From Klebsormidium nitens (Eukaryota > Plantae > Klebsormidiophyceae): a stretch of 64,000 nt of DNA. The notes under the pieces were generated by a model. It worked only from the letters and a program-made list of their open reading frames with translations, was not told the origin of the DNA and did not search any database. A program made the position numbers and the translations under genes. The stretch is taken from positions 84,370 through 148,369 of the forward strand of contig DF237106.1 in assembly GCA_000708835.1 (NCBI GenBank). The letters run 5' to 3'. This document shows positions 37,745 to 48,832 of this stretch, in pieces; within the stretch, counting starts at the first letter, position 1; every line of letters starts with the position of its first letter.

Positions 37745-40700
37745 ATGGGGTGCACCCTCTCGGTATGGAGTACCCTCTATGACTCGGTGGTTCCAAACGG
37801 CAGCGATGTGTGGATTGGCGACAGGAGGTTCAGGGTGGTTAAGGAGCTGGGAGAAGGCGGGTTTGCCTTTGTGTACCTGGTGAAAGAGATGCCCACTGAG
37901 AGGCCGCAGGAGCGCCCGACCTCTTATGTAGCCGGTGAGAGGAGGATTGCGTCGCAGCTTATATGCTTGATCTTTCGTGGCGGGCAGTGAATATCTTTAA
38001 CAGGTGACTGAGGGCGACATTGAGATGATACTGGTTCATCAGGGAAAGAAGTACCGTATATAGAATCAACGGGCATCATAAATGTCAGATCTCAGTAGGC
38101 GATTGAGCTTCTGGGACACCTCCTGCAGTGACCAGCGACACCACATAATCAATCTAACTGCAACGTTTGCCTGTTAAGATGGTCGGAACAGCGTCTCACT
38201 AATCAGTTGGACGCATGTTTTGACCTCCTCACTTGATCGCAAGTTTTTGAATAAAAGAGTGGCGGGGGGATCTTGTGCGAAGAAGGTCATGATGCTTTGA
38301 CACTCCCACTGGAGACCCATCACACCACAAGAATGAGGGAGGCTGCGCAACACCACTTTCAATGATCCCTGTCGCCAATTCAGAGGGCTTCAGGACATAG
38401 ACATAGTAAAAACGACTGTCCTTCTGCAGTCACTGGTCGATGGCGGTGGCCCACAGAGTTTGTTTTCACACCCCTTTCTGGAAGTCTGGCTGTTTGCACC
38501 ATACCGGTATCATCTCTACTCAATTTCGACTTTCCCTGATGAAGATTTTCAGTTGGTTACATGAATCCAACCCTCCCAGGTTCCTAGATCAGCGACTGAA
38601 GCTCCTTGGAAGGGAGGATTGCTCCCAATAATTGGTTGTAGAAAAGTGCGGGTCTCGGTCTTGATGTGCAGATGACGGCCAGTACGCAATGAAGAAGTTT
38701 CTGATCCAGACAGAGGAGCAACTACAACTAGTGAAGCAGGAGGTGGTTTCGTCGACGCGCTTTCAGCACCCCAACCTGCTCCCCCTCCTCGAACACTCCA
38801 TCATCACAGTCAAGGTAGACTCCGGCCCTATATGTGGCACTTGACAAAAGAACCGAGGCTGTGTGCAGATGTTTCAAGGTGTGGTTTGAACCTATCTTTG
38901 CTTTTCAACTGGCTGCGGCATGTAGGGGGTTAAACTATTATTGGCACCCGCAGATGGGAATAGTTTTCGTCTCAGGAGTCTGAAAGGGTGGCTTACTTTA
39001 TTGGTTAGGGCGCTTATTGGTTAAAAGAGCAAGGCAGTTGACGTGAACCTGGAGTATCCGCACCTGACCCTCTTCACTTTAACAAATTAAACCGGGCTTC
39101 AGAGTTCATGGGAGTAGGAAAAAGACCAGTGATCGATCATCTTTATGCGACGCACTGAAGAGACACATTTCTCGCAATCATAACGGATATTACAGTTGTT
39201 AGTGTCAAAATTGCCATTCCATTTTCCTTGTGTCGAGATTATATCTGCACCCATCAATCCATCGGCTGAGAGTCCATTTTCAGTGGTATGGTCCAAGATA
39301 AAAAGTCATGCTGTGAGCATTTGTAACCCCGGTGGCAACTTTGACGCAAACAAGCTATGTCGTTTTGCAGGATAAGCACGTTTCCCCGCAAGGCGCCCTG
39401 GACGGGAACTGGACCCGGGAGGCGTACTTTTTGTTTCCCGTCTACCGAGAGGGGACGTTACAGGATGCAATCTCACAGATGCAGGAGACAAAGGATTGCT
39501 TCTCAGCGCCAGAGGTCCTACAGATTCTGAAGCAAGTGAGTCTTTGTTGTCAAGTGCGACAATCACGCATCATGACACTGCTGATTTTGTTCGATACGAA
39601 TCATGGTCGGAAGAAGGCACGTGGATGGTGTGCTTGTATCTGATTGGGGTTCCATTCCTGGACTGTCTCGGGCTTCCAGCTTGTTGGGGCGTGCTTTTAC
39701 AGCAGGGTGTTCTAAGATCGTCTTGAAGTCCGAATTTTCCCTTTATTTGACGTCACCGAGTGAAACATGGCTCAGTGAAAAGACTCCTTGCCATCGCCCT
39801 GATTTACCGTCCTGGAAGAATCGAAGCGAGGATGCAAGCTTGGTTGTGAACCGGAACAGGGGGCCACATACTCCTGTATTACCGCTTCTGATCTGCAGAT
39901 GCATATCTTTTAAGGCCGTTCAATTCGTCGTGAGGGACCAATCTTTTGACAGATAGCAGTGTGCGTGGAGTCTTGCCACCCCTATCACAAGAGCTTGCGA
40001 CTGCCCTTTTCTTCCGAATGCTTCCGATCCGGCCAAGCTCGGGCCAGACCCTCTTCGAACGAAGTTCGTCCTCACCTGGACATCGATGATCCTACACTTT
40101 GAACCCACCAACCATGAACATCTTGTATTCGAGGGCTGAAAATTCCTCTACCCGCACCAACACGCCGGTTGGGCAGAATTTTGCTTAATAATCACTTACG
40201 TACCTTCCGGAAATTGGGCAAGTCATTCTGAAACATTGAGCATTTGAAATTCGTGATGGAACTTGGAATATCTGCACAAAAACCCTTTTTCACCAGCCAG
40301 AATAGTCCAAAGATAAAATATCAAAATGTCATTCATTCGAAAGTTTGGGCAGAATGAATAAAACGAATTCATAGCAATGAAAAGTTTGTGCAAAATCAAA
40401 AATACTTAATTGATGCCCAACCAGCGTGTTAGTACGGGTATCTGTTTTCGCTTCCGCTCTGTCCGCACGCCTTGCTAAGCGTCTCCCTCCGTGCACAGAT
40501 CTGCGGCGGCCTACTCGTGATGCACTCGAGCGACCCCCCCTTTGCGCACAACGACATCAAGCCGGGGAACGTGCTGCTAGAGCGGCGGAGCGGAAACATA
40601 AAAGCGGTGATCATGGACTATGGCAGCGTGTCCCCTGCACGACGAAAGGTGTCTACCAGGAAAGAGGCGCTCGTCCTGCAGGTAGGGCCCGAAAAGGATC

Positions 40701-41968
40701 TATTCTGAAGAAGCGACGTGCTCGACCTTTCATAAACTGTAACGGAGTTCGTCAGAGGTCGACTCCGTTGCCTTGGTGTCAAGATGTCCTTCAGCGTTTC
40801 GTCAACTTGAACTCAGTTGACGACAGGATGTGAGCCAGGGCTTTTTTTGGCTCGATCTAAAATTGGGATGGCTGCAGACTTAACCGTAGAAAAGGAAGAG
40901 TGTTGGGTTGTGATCTCCAAGGACGTACGGATCTTGAAAGTTTGAAGGATTAGAAGGAATAAGAAGCATATTCTGTTGGTGAGATTCAAAACAGGTAGAA
41001 GAAGCATGGACTTGTGCGACTTCGATGTCCTTAAGTTACCATGTACTGCACGCGCAGGAGGCCTTGGGTTTTCCGCCACAGTATCATACTTACATGATCA
41101 AAGGCTAAAATTCCTGCACTTTATCGCTTGGCAGGAGTGGGCTGCCGAGCACTGCACTGCCCCCTACCGCGCCCCCGAGCTCTTCGACACCCCCAGCTCG
41201 TGCGAGATCGACGAGCGGACGGACGTTTGGTCGCTCGGGTGCACGCTCTATGCTATCATGTGAGCTTTATCGATCTTCGAATCCTTCCTTCTCCCTGAAA
41301 CACTACCGCTGAGAGCGTGATTTGTTTCGATTCCATCGAAAGGGGCTCTTGTGGACCTAGTGTGTATGGACTGGCTCTATATGAGCGGTAGAAGGGTCTA
41401 TGTGAACAGGCTCAATTTTACAAATGTCGAAAGACCGAGTGCGGAGAAGAAGCGGTAATATTGTTGTCTGGGCTGGGCCGGTGTGGAAGGAGTCGGTAAA
41501 ACTGCTGACACTTGATGTGAAATGGAAGGGCTCTGTGCGAGTCTGTAAGGACACGGGCTCTTCATTGTCTCTCTGGTTACCCACGTTGGCTGTTAAACAC
41601 AGCTTTCCGTGCTGCATATCTGCAGTGTGTCCGAGCGCTCTGTCATGTGTGTCCGAGCGCTCTGTCATGTCTTAACCAAAAAAAGTATGATAGGTTGAAA
41701 CTTGATACAAAAGCTTCGACGTCTTCGCAGGTACCACGTCAACCCCTTCGAGTTTGCCGTTAACGACAAGGGAGGCGGTGGCAGTCTAGCACTCGCGGCA
41801 ATAAGCGGCCGTGTACAATGGCCCACAAGTCCAGTAAAAAGCTATCCCCCTAGTTTTCACGACCTAGTATTGTCGATGCTCAACACGGATTGGACGAGAC
41901 GGCCTCACATACGGGACCTTTGCAGAACTGTTGAAAATATGATAAGCACGCTGCCGCCTGAGATGTGA
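37745..41968 (+). CDS. STK16: NAK-family Ser/Thr kinase, STK16/MPSK1-like; 347 aa
   Basis: Exons 37745-37934, 38672-38814, 39371-39535, 40499-40681, 41135-41259, 41731-41968, phase-consistent. Motifs MGC N-terminus, LGEGGFAFVYLV, YAMKK, HPNLLPLL, HNDIKPGN, MDYGS, QEWAAEHCTAPYRAPELFD, DERTDVWSLGCTLYAIM, NPFE; plant STK16-type. Confidence 0.93.
40149..40440. mobile_element. MITE-like non-autonomous DNA transposon (about 288 bp, 25-bp TIRs, TA target duplication) in kinase intron 3
   Basis: Left end TA-cccgcaccaacacgccggttgggca (40149-40175) and right end tgcccaaccagcgtgttagtacggg-TA (40414-40440) are inverted, 24/27 identical with transition-only mismatches. The interior is AT-rich and non-coding. 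Confidence 0.8.
41625..41670. repeat. Perfect 22-bp tandem duplication in kinase intron 5
   Basis: gtgtgtccgagcgctctgtcat twice, plus gt. Confidence 0.95.
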
Positions 41969-42183
41969 TTGCCCTTCGTTTTGACCTCTAACTAACTGAG
42001 ATAGATAGGACAGACACTAACGTCTTCATACGTTCACTGACTCGATCTGAATTAATGTAACTTGATACTGCTCAAACCGAACTCGCAAATTCGAGCTGGA
42101 AGGAGATGTACGTTGTGCATGCCCAAATTGTAGATGCATTGCGTACTATATAGCACGCAATATTACACGTACATGCGTGCATA

Positions 42184-42572
42184 TAAGTACGTGACTGCGT
42201 CCTAGCTGCGCACTGCATCAGATAACAAGTCGAATCCACTCATGCATGAGTNNNNNNNNNNNNNNNNNNNNNNNNNNNNNNNNNNNNNNNNNNNNNNNNN
42301 NNNNNNNNNNNNNNNNNNNNNNNNNNNNNNNNNNNNNNNNNNNNNNNNNNNNNNNNNNNNNNNNNNNNNNNNNNNNNNNNNNNNNNNNNNNNNNNNNNNN
42401 NNNNNNNNNNNNNNNNNNNNNNNNNNNNNNNNNNNNNNNNNNNNNNNNNNNNNNNNNNNNNNNNNNNNNNNNNNNNNNNNNNNNNNNNNNNNNNNNNNNN
42501 NNNNNNNNNNNNNNNNNNNNNTGACTTCGTTAGTCTGATGCAGTGCGCAGCTAGGACGCAGTCACGTACTTA
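42184..42572. repeat. Perfect 39-bp inverted repeat bracketing a 270-N assembly gap; possible foldback or TIR element
   Basis: taagtacgtgactgcgtcctagctgcgcactgcatcaga (42184-42222) has its exact reverse complement at 42534-42572. Imperfect symmetry continues toward the gap. Confidence 0.9.
42252..42521. other. Assembly gap (270 N)
   Basis: Run of n. Confidence 1.
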
Positions 42573-43585
42573 CATCACATGTGACCGGAGCGTCATGCAT
42601 GATCCTGCATGGATGCTGGCGGCCCGGGCCATGCATGTGGTCGCATACGTGCCATCCGGCTAGGCGGCATCATTTGAGAACACATTATCATTGGAGACAG
42701 TACGTGCATGTAGGTAGTCTTAAACTTGGACTGAAGTTGGACTGAAAAGACTTTGTGCAGAATGATGACTTATGAATCTGGCCAACCATGCAATAAACAA
42801 GCTCGCCGGCAGTTGAATGCAATATCAGGTTGTATGCACAGGCGGCAAAGCGGTTGAAAGCGGACACATGGTACGTCGAAACAGGCTGCCTATTGACCAA
42901 ACGCTCCAGTTTGCCGGGACTTGCAAGTCGGATGCTTGTTGCATTCTGAGTCCATCCTGTAGATCGTGCTGGCTGGCAAAACTCGACATGTGAAGTGGGT
43001 GCAAATAGTTGCAAGGCCTGTGTCGCCGAGAGCGCCAGGCAGACACTGACAGAGCTAGTAAAAGCAAAGCGTCGATCAGGAAATGATCAATACGGGCATG
43101 TACGCGCAACGCTCTTTTCCATCATACGGTGCGGCACGGCCTAAGACCGTGGCTTGCGGCCATGGCGGCAGCAATTATAAGTATGTATCGTACATGGCCC
43201 GTTGTCTGAATGAAAGTCAAATTCAGAAGACGATAATAGGCTACCGTCAATGCGTCCGATCAAACTGATCAGAAGTAGCTAGCTTACGAGCATAAGAGTG
43301 CGTCGGGCCGCGGTCGGGCCCCAACTTTCGGCCCCCACAGTCGAGCCACTTGAGAAACGCAGTCTCGAAGGTCAGAGTACATATTCAGGGAGCCATGCGG
43401 TGCAACTGCAGACTAGCTAGAGACGGGTAGGCAACTCTGACTCTATTTACAACGCTCGAGCCACATGCTTACAGTCCTGTAGTCTTCTGTACAAAGCCTA
43501 TAGAAGCGGAGGATGCACCCAGGTGCAGATATGCATGGTATTCCTTCGCCTCATGTACCATCAAACAGCCCTCCTGATTCTGACG

Positions 43586-46490
43586 TCACAAGTGCGGGGA
43601 CACGAAACCCCAAAGCTGACGTAAGCCGTTATCCACATCGGGGGCGAGCTGAAAACCCGTGACGCTGAGGACGCCCAGTAATTGAGCAAAGGCGATCGCG
43701 GAAAGGACCTTGAACATGCGCTTGAAGAACTTCTCGAACGAGATGCCGATCGCAACGTTTTCCTGCTCCAACACCCGCCTGGAAAACACGAAGAATACGG
43801 GTTCGAAGCTCTGCTGGTCTTAAGAAGTGAAAGAAAGCCTTCGTATCGATCTTCCAGAGATTCAGTCTCAATGCAACGATGGAAGGCGTACTCTTGTCAC
43901 TTTCGAGAGCCGTACGGAAAAGCAAGCATTGCCTGCCCGGTCGATGGTGATGCTCGATCGATTCGAGAGCTTCCTTTGCAGCGGAACTCAGCAAAAGAGT
44001 CTTTCATGAAGGATGACATCATTCGAGAACCCCATTTTCTTGTCGCTTCCTTCGACGATGTTACGATTGTCTCCACAGCAAGTTGCGGTGAACCAATCTG
44101 GTAACTGAGTCAACCTGATAACCAACTAACAAACGGAAACCAACAGTCCCTGGTTTTGGGTGTTGGAAGATGGAAAACGGGTAACAGCCTTACACTGTCG
44201 GGTCCCCTTCCACGTCATTCTTCTCAATCTCCATGATGGTGTTCCGGATGTCAAAGACCAGGAACGCGAGGGCCCAGTAGTCCAGGGAACTGAGCACTCC
44301 GACCAGCTTGAAATAGTCGACCGGGGTCACTAACAAGGCCTCCCGGAGCGAGTTGAGGATCTTGATCACGGCCAGAACTGTAGGGAAAGAGGAGTAGGAT
44401 TAGGGGGGAATAGAAGGGTGCAGGTTGAACGGCCAAAACTGCAGGAGAGAGGAGTAGGATCAGGGAATAGAAAATGGCCAGATTGAACGGTTAGAACTGC
44501 AGGAAAGAGAAGTAGGATGAGGGGAGAACAGAAAAACTGCAAACCAAACGGCCAAAACTGCAGAAAAGAGGAGTAGGATAAGGGGAGAATTTGAGAACTG
44601 TACTCTGATACGCCAGATCTGCAGGGAACGAGGAGTAGGATCAGGAGCCAATAGAACACTGCAAATTGCTTGGCCAGAACTGCAGGCAAGAGGAGTGGGA
44701 CTACTGGGGAGATGAAAGAGCTGCAACTTGTACGGCCAGAACTCCAGGGCCCAAGGAGTAAAATCAGGGGGGAACAAAAGCATTGCCGAACTGAAGAGTT
44801 GAAGTGAACGAGAAGGCCAAGGAAAGATTCAGAACGTGTGTGAGTCGATGCAGCCAGATGAGGTGCCTAGAGACCAAATGCTAATGGACAGTGGACAGAG
44901 GACTGCGGCGCTCGGTTGGAGAACAAGGCAAGGGCCGTTCGGCAGCAACGGCCAGAATCGCCTTCAAACCAGAAGGAAACAGTCACAAAAGAATGTCAAA
45001 GCGCCAGGAAGATTGCGCCACACAAGGAATGACAAGACAGACTGATTTCCGTGATGGGCCATCGAAGCTTTGCCTCCTTAGGTGCTGTTTGTCGCAAGCA
45101 TCGGAACTGGTTTTAGAGCCCCAACAGGTCTGACGGTATAATGGGGGCCCCAATCAGAAGAACGTGTCGTCTGTCGACTCCATAAAGAAGAAAAACTTCG
45201 GGAAGGCCTTGTACAGAGATCTTGATGATTTCGTTCAGGCGCTATTTACAGCTAATGTGCATCTGAGAAGACCTTTGTGATCCGACGTGCTTCAAACAAA
45301 AAGTTCAAAAAAACTGTAAGCGTGCAACTTATGACTTACTGTTTTGAAAACGTGCACAATGCTCAAGTTATAAAGGACAACAGAGCCCTCAACGATGCTC
45401 TCTAATAAGACTTTCTAACCAAAGCTCAGCAAAGATGCTGTGCCTGTTGCCAACAGCCTTTTGGACTGAGAGCAATCTTCCTGGCGACAGAAGAAAGTTC
45501 ACACAAAGGACGTATGTCCTCCTTATGTGCTTGTAAATGGACACGCAAAGTTTACCCATGCTCGCACACGGTAGAAGGGCCACCTAACGGACATCTAACC
45601 AGCTTTGATTACCGGATGCTTCCCCATCCCAGCCAGCAAGAACCTGTGGCTATGTTACCAGCCAAACAAAACAATCAAGCATCACAGACTGGGTCTGAAT
45701 CGACCCAGAATTGGTCATAGCTGTACCCGCAGATTGATCTTTCTAAACAACAAACACAGGTCATAACGCAGGAGGAACTGTCTTTCCCAGCAATGCAGAA
45801 CCCACTGAACTTTACCACGATCTTTCACATAGGAGTGATCTGGGGCAATCTTCACTCACCCACAAAGCAGACCCCTATCCGTAGCAGCGTCCTCTTGAGC
45901 CCCGACGCCAGCTTGTACCGCTGCTCAGTCAGCGCCGCGAGCTCCTCCTCCTCATTGGCATACTCCACTTTCATCTTCTCCTCTTTTCTGAATGTGTGCA
46001 GAATGTTGGCCGCCCTCTTGTTTACATGCCTGCGTAACCGGGTTCCGAAACCACGGTGGTGGTGGTGCTCTTGGCTGGTAGCTGTTGACCCAAGGTTAAC
46101 ATCTGCGGTAACCCGGGTGGAAAGCCCCATCGGCGCAGAATGATCTGGGTCATCCTTCCTGGTAATTTCATTCTGCGGGGCGTGAATTGAATCATCCTGA
46201 CTGGCCTTGATTGGCTGACATCTGCGAAAGCAAAGCTGTCTTTGCTTGGATCCTCGCACCCGGTTCACAAGCTGTCCGCTTGGGCAATCCTGCTTTATTT
46301 GATTTGCCCACAAGCTGTATTGCAGGCGTTGCGGTGGAGGCGGTACTGTAACTGCATACGTTATCTGCAAACTAGGTCCTCTAGGGACTAGAGCGGGCCA
46401 GTGCCGCTTTGATCCTTCTCCCCAGCTACATCTTCCAGCCGGCAAGTGCAGCGTGCCCTTTGTCCATACCGCTTCACCAATCAAAGACAT
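43586..46490 (-). CDS. Hypothetical 335-aa membrane protein with about 3 TM helices, possibly plastid-targeted
   Basis: Exons 45860-46490, 44194-44377, 43586-43778 splice in phase (1, then 2) to give ...LKRTLLRIGVCFVVLAVIKILNSLREALLVTPVDYFKLVGVLSSLDYWALAFLVFDIRNT...FKRMFKVLSAIAFAQLLGVLSVTGFQLAP...FVSPHL*. The N-terminus is Arg/Ser-rich. No family recognised. Confidence 0.8.
44369..44786 (-). repeat. Seven-copy tandem array (58-62-bp unit) of the branch point, pyrimidine tract, CAG and exon start of the membrane-protein gene
   Basis: Minus-strand consensus CCTRATCCTACTCCTCTTTCCTGCAG|TTCTGGCCGT. CAG starts (plus coordinates) at 44378 (functional), 44439, 44497, 44558, 44619, 44680; the 7th at 44742 is mutated to GAG. 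Confidence 0.92.
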
Positions 46491-48384
46491 CTTGGGATTT
46501 CGTTTTCTTCACCCAACATACATTATTTCTGATTGTTAGCGTCTGCTAGGTTTTACCCGCTTCATAGCCGCTCCTGTATCGCATGTTTGCCAGCTTTGAA
46601 TGACTTCTGATCAGCGGCTTGTCGGCCCAATTGCAAGAAGATTTTCAAAAGTTTGTGAACGCTGGCCTTGCGCTTCTCTCGGAGAGCGACTCCCCTTCAC
46701 AGCGGTCGCCGCGATAACTGGACGACAGAGCGCGCCGTCTTGACGCTCCTACATCTCATGTCACATAATGTGATTGCTAGCGAGCGATTCAGCGCGTCTA
46801 CAGAGGGAACGGCACTTTGGCCGGCGGTACTTTCAGTCCCTTCAATTGGCGGGATCCCTGAGCAGTGAGCCTTTCAACAAGCTCGTCGCGAGATCACATC
46901 GTGCACTGGGGCCATTCTTCGAGAGCAGCTCGTGACAGCCTTGCTTCTGAGCCTCTTCTGAGCCTATTAGGCGAAGGGACTGTGGCAGTGTGGGGGGGAA
47001 TGCCCCATATTCTATCGGCCATTGGCCATCGAAAGGTCTGAAGGCGAAGGGCGGGATCTCTGCCGGCGCTTCTTGGGCCGCCGCAGGAGTCAAGATATGG
47101 GTGAGAGGCTCGCTTTGCATTGTATTAACGACGCTTCAAGTCTTCTCCACTGTTGCAGCATTTGGAACCTCCTTCACCCAAAGGTAGTCACGCTAGTTTG
47201 AACGACACTGCAGTTTCTGCATGGAGCACTCCGAGGCGGCCCCATCTTGCCATTCCGAGGCCATCCCATCCTTTCACCTTTGGGGTAATAAGCCCTTTTC
47301 AGTGCAGCATTTTGAGCCAGCCAGTCATACAGTCAGACACTTGGTGTGGAGAGGAGAAAGTTGGTCATTTCCTGGACTATGAGCACCTGTCAGAAGCGGT
47401 TTCGACGGCATTGTAGGAAATAGTTTTCAGGACTGCGCAATCTCTGGCGCATCAGGCGTAGTACGCCTGGCTGGGACCTTTTGCTTCAATGTGGAGGACC
47501 TTGTATGGTTCGTGTAGATCTGGAGTGTAGCAGCTCTGTCCTCTTTGTCCTGTTTGTCCTTGTTCCCCTACGTGTCAGATTGTCTCGCTGCTCTATTTGT
47601 GGTGCTGTCAACCTAACTCAGCATATGAACCCTGACCATCGCTGGGTTGGACAAAGGGTCAGGTATTGGCGACCACTGGCCATGCCCTCCACATTTTGTC
47701 CGCATCTTTTTGCGGATTCGTTGAGCTATTGTTAGGGCCATCTTGACGCCTTATACTGAGGATTCTTAATGCTGAATCCGATCCCATCAACAAGGCTGTA
47801 CCTGCATGTGCATTTATGCAATCGCTTGTCAAGCTGCTATAGTTACTCTCAGTGTGGTGACAGCAGCCACTGCCCATCTTCGTCATCATCGGACCTTTGA
47901 CCAAGATGAGGTTGCTATCTAGGCTGTCCGAGGAAGCAGATTCGGATACTGAGAAGTTGCTGGCATCAAACCCATCTGGTGATGTGGCATATCGTTTCCT
48001 TTACCTGCCTGACTTGTTGGAATACCTAATCTTCTGCAACTCAGCCAGCAATAGTCCACCTTAAAGAGCTCTGTTTCAACCCTCGTGTATCTAGAATTCC
48101 CACCACTGGTGAGAGTGGTCTGCAATTGCCAATTGCAGACCAATTGCAAGACTTTCATTTAGGCCTGCGGGGTCCCTTATTTAGTGAGTTCAATAAAAGG
48201 GCACATAATTTAAAGCTAATCAAGAGCAAGTCAGACTTGGTCATTGATAGTGAGTCCTTGTCACATAGAAGCTATGGTTTGGTGACAGGTGCAACAGAGC
48301 ATATGCGCGACCATGAAGATTCAAGACTCGGAGGAAATTATGCATACTTTGACCAACTAAAGGAGTGATAGTGTTTTTTCTCAG

Positions 48385-48737
48385 GTATTGATGGCGTGAA
48401 GGACGCAGCCGTCGGGACTGCCAAGAGGGTTGGTGGCATTTTGGGAGCATCCATGGTAGTCAAAGCGGCAGCCAATGTTGGAGCCGGTTTGGCCTTGAAG
48501 GCGGCCGGCTTCTCGGCAGCCGGCCCAGTTGCCGGCTCTTACGCGGCATCTTGGATGTCCGCTATTGCGACCGCCAATGGTGGCGGAGTTGTGGCAGGGT
48601 CCACATATGCCGTGTGTCAAAGCGTATCCATGGGCACGGGGGCGGTCGTTGGGGCACCTCTTGCAATAGGTGTTGCTGCGGTAGGTGCTGGAGGTTATGG
48701 CGTATACAAGTGGGTCAAGGGAGGGAAACGTAGATAA
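48385..48737 (+). CDS. ISG12/IFI6/IFI27 (Ifi-6-16)-family small hydrophobic protein; last or main exon, 5' exon uncertain
   Basis: AAGFSAAGPVAGSYAASWMSAIATANGGGVVAGSTYAVCQSVSMG matches the ISG12 motif (GFT..GIAAGS.AA.MMS..A.ANGGGV.AGS..A.LQS). Gly/Ala-rich hydrophobic body and basic tail KWVKGGKRR*. Phase-1 acceptor tgttttttctcag|48385. A speculative first exon is 47221-47284. Confidence 0.85.
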
Positions 48738-48770
48738 GTGGCATCGAAGTTTTGTTAAATAGTGTGGAAA

Positions 48771-48832
48771 AGCTTCTGACCAGAGTAGGACCTTCTCAAA
48801 GGCTTGAAAAGGTTCTATTCTGGTCAGAAGCT
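48771..48832 (+). other. 29-bp stem-loop (4-nt loop) just 3' of the ISG12-like stop codon
   Basis: agcttctgaccagagtaggaccttctcaa-aggc-ttgaaaaggttctattctggtcagaagct: 26 Watson-Crick pairs, 2 G-U pairs and 1 mismatch on the + strand. Confidence 0.9.

Noticed and set aside
44369-44786. CRISPR array or coding repeat interpretation of the 61-bp array
   Set aside because: Eukaryotic intron, degenerate units with no unique spacers or cas genes; its ORFs are short and hit stops.
46842-47187. ORFs upstream of the ISG12-like gene, including GGISAGASWAAAG as a possible second ISG12 motif
   Set aside because: Only a short Gly/Ala resemblance, without the ANGGG or LQS parts and with no convincing gene structure.
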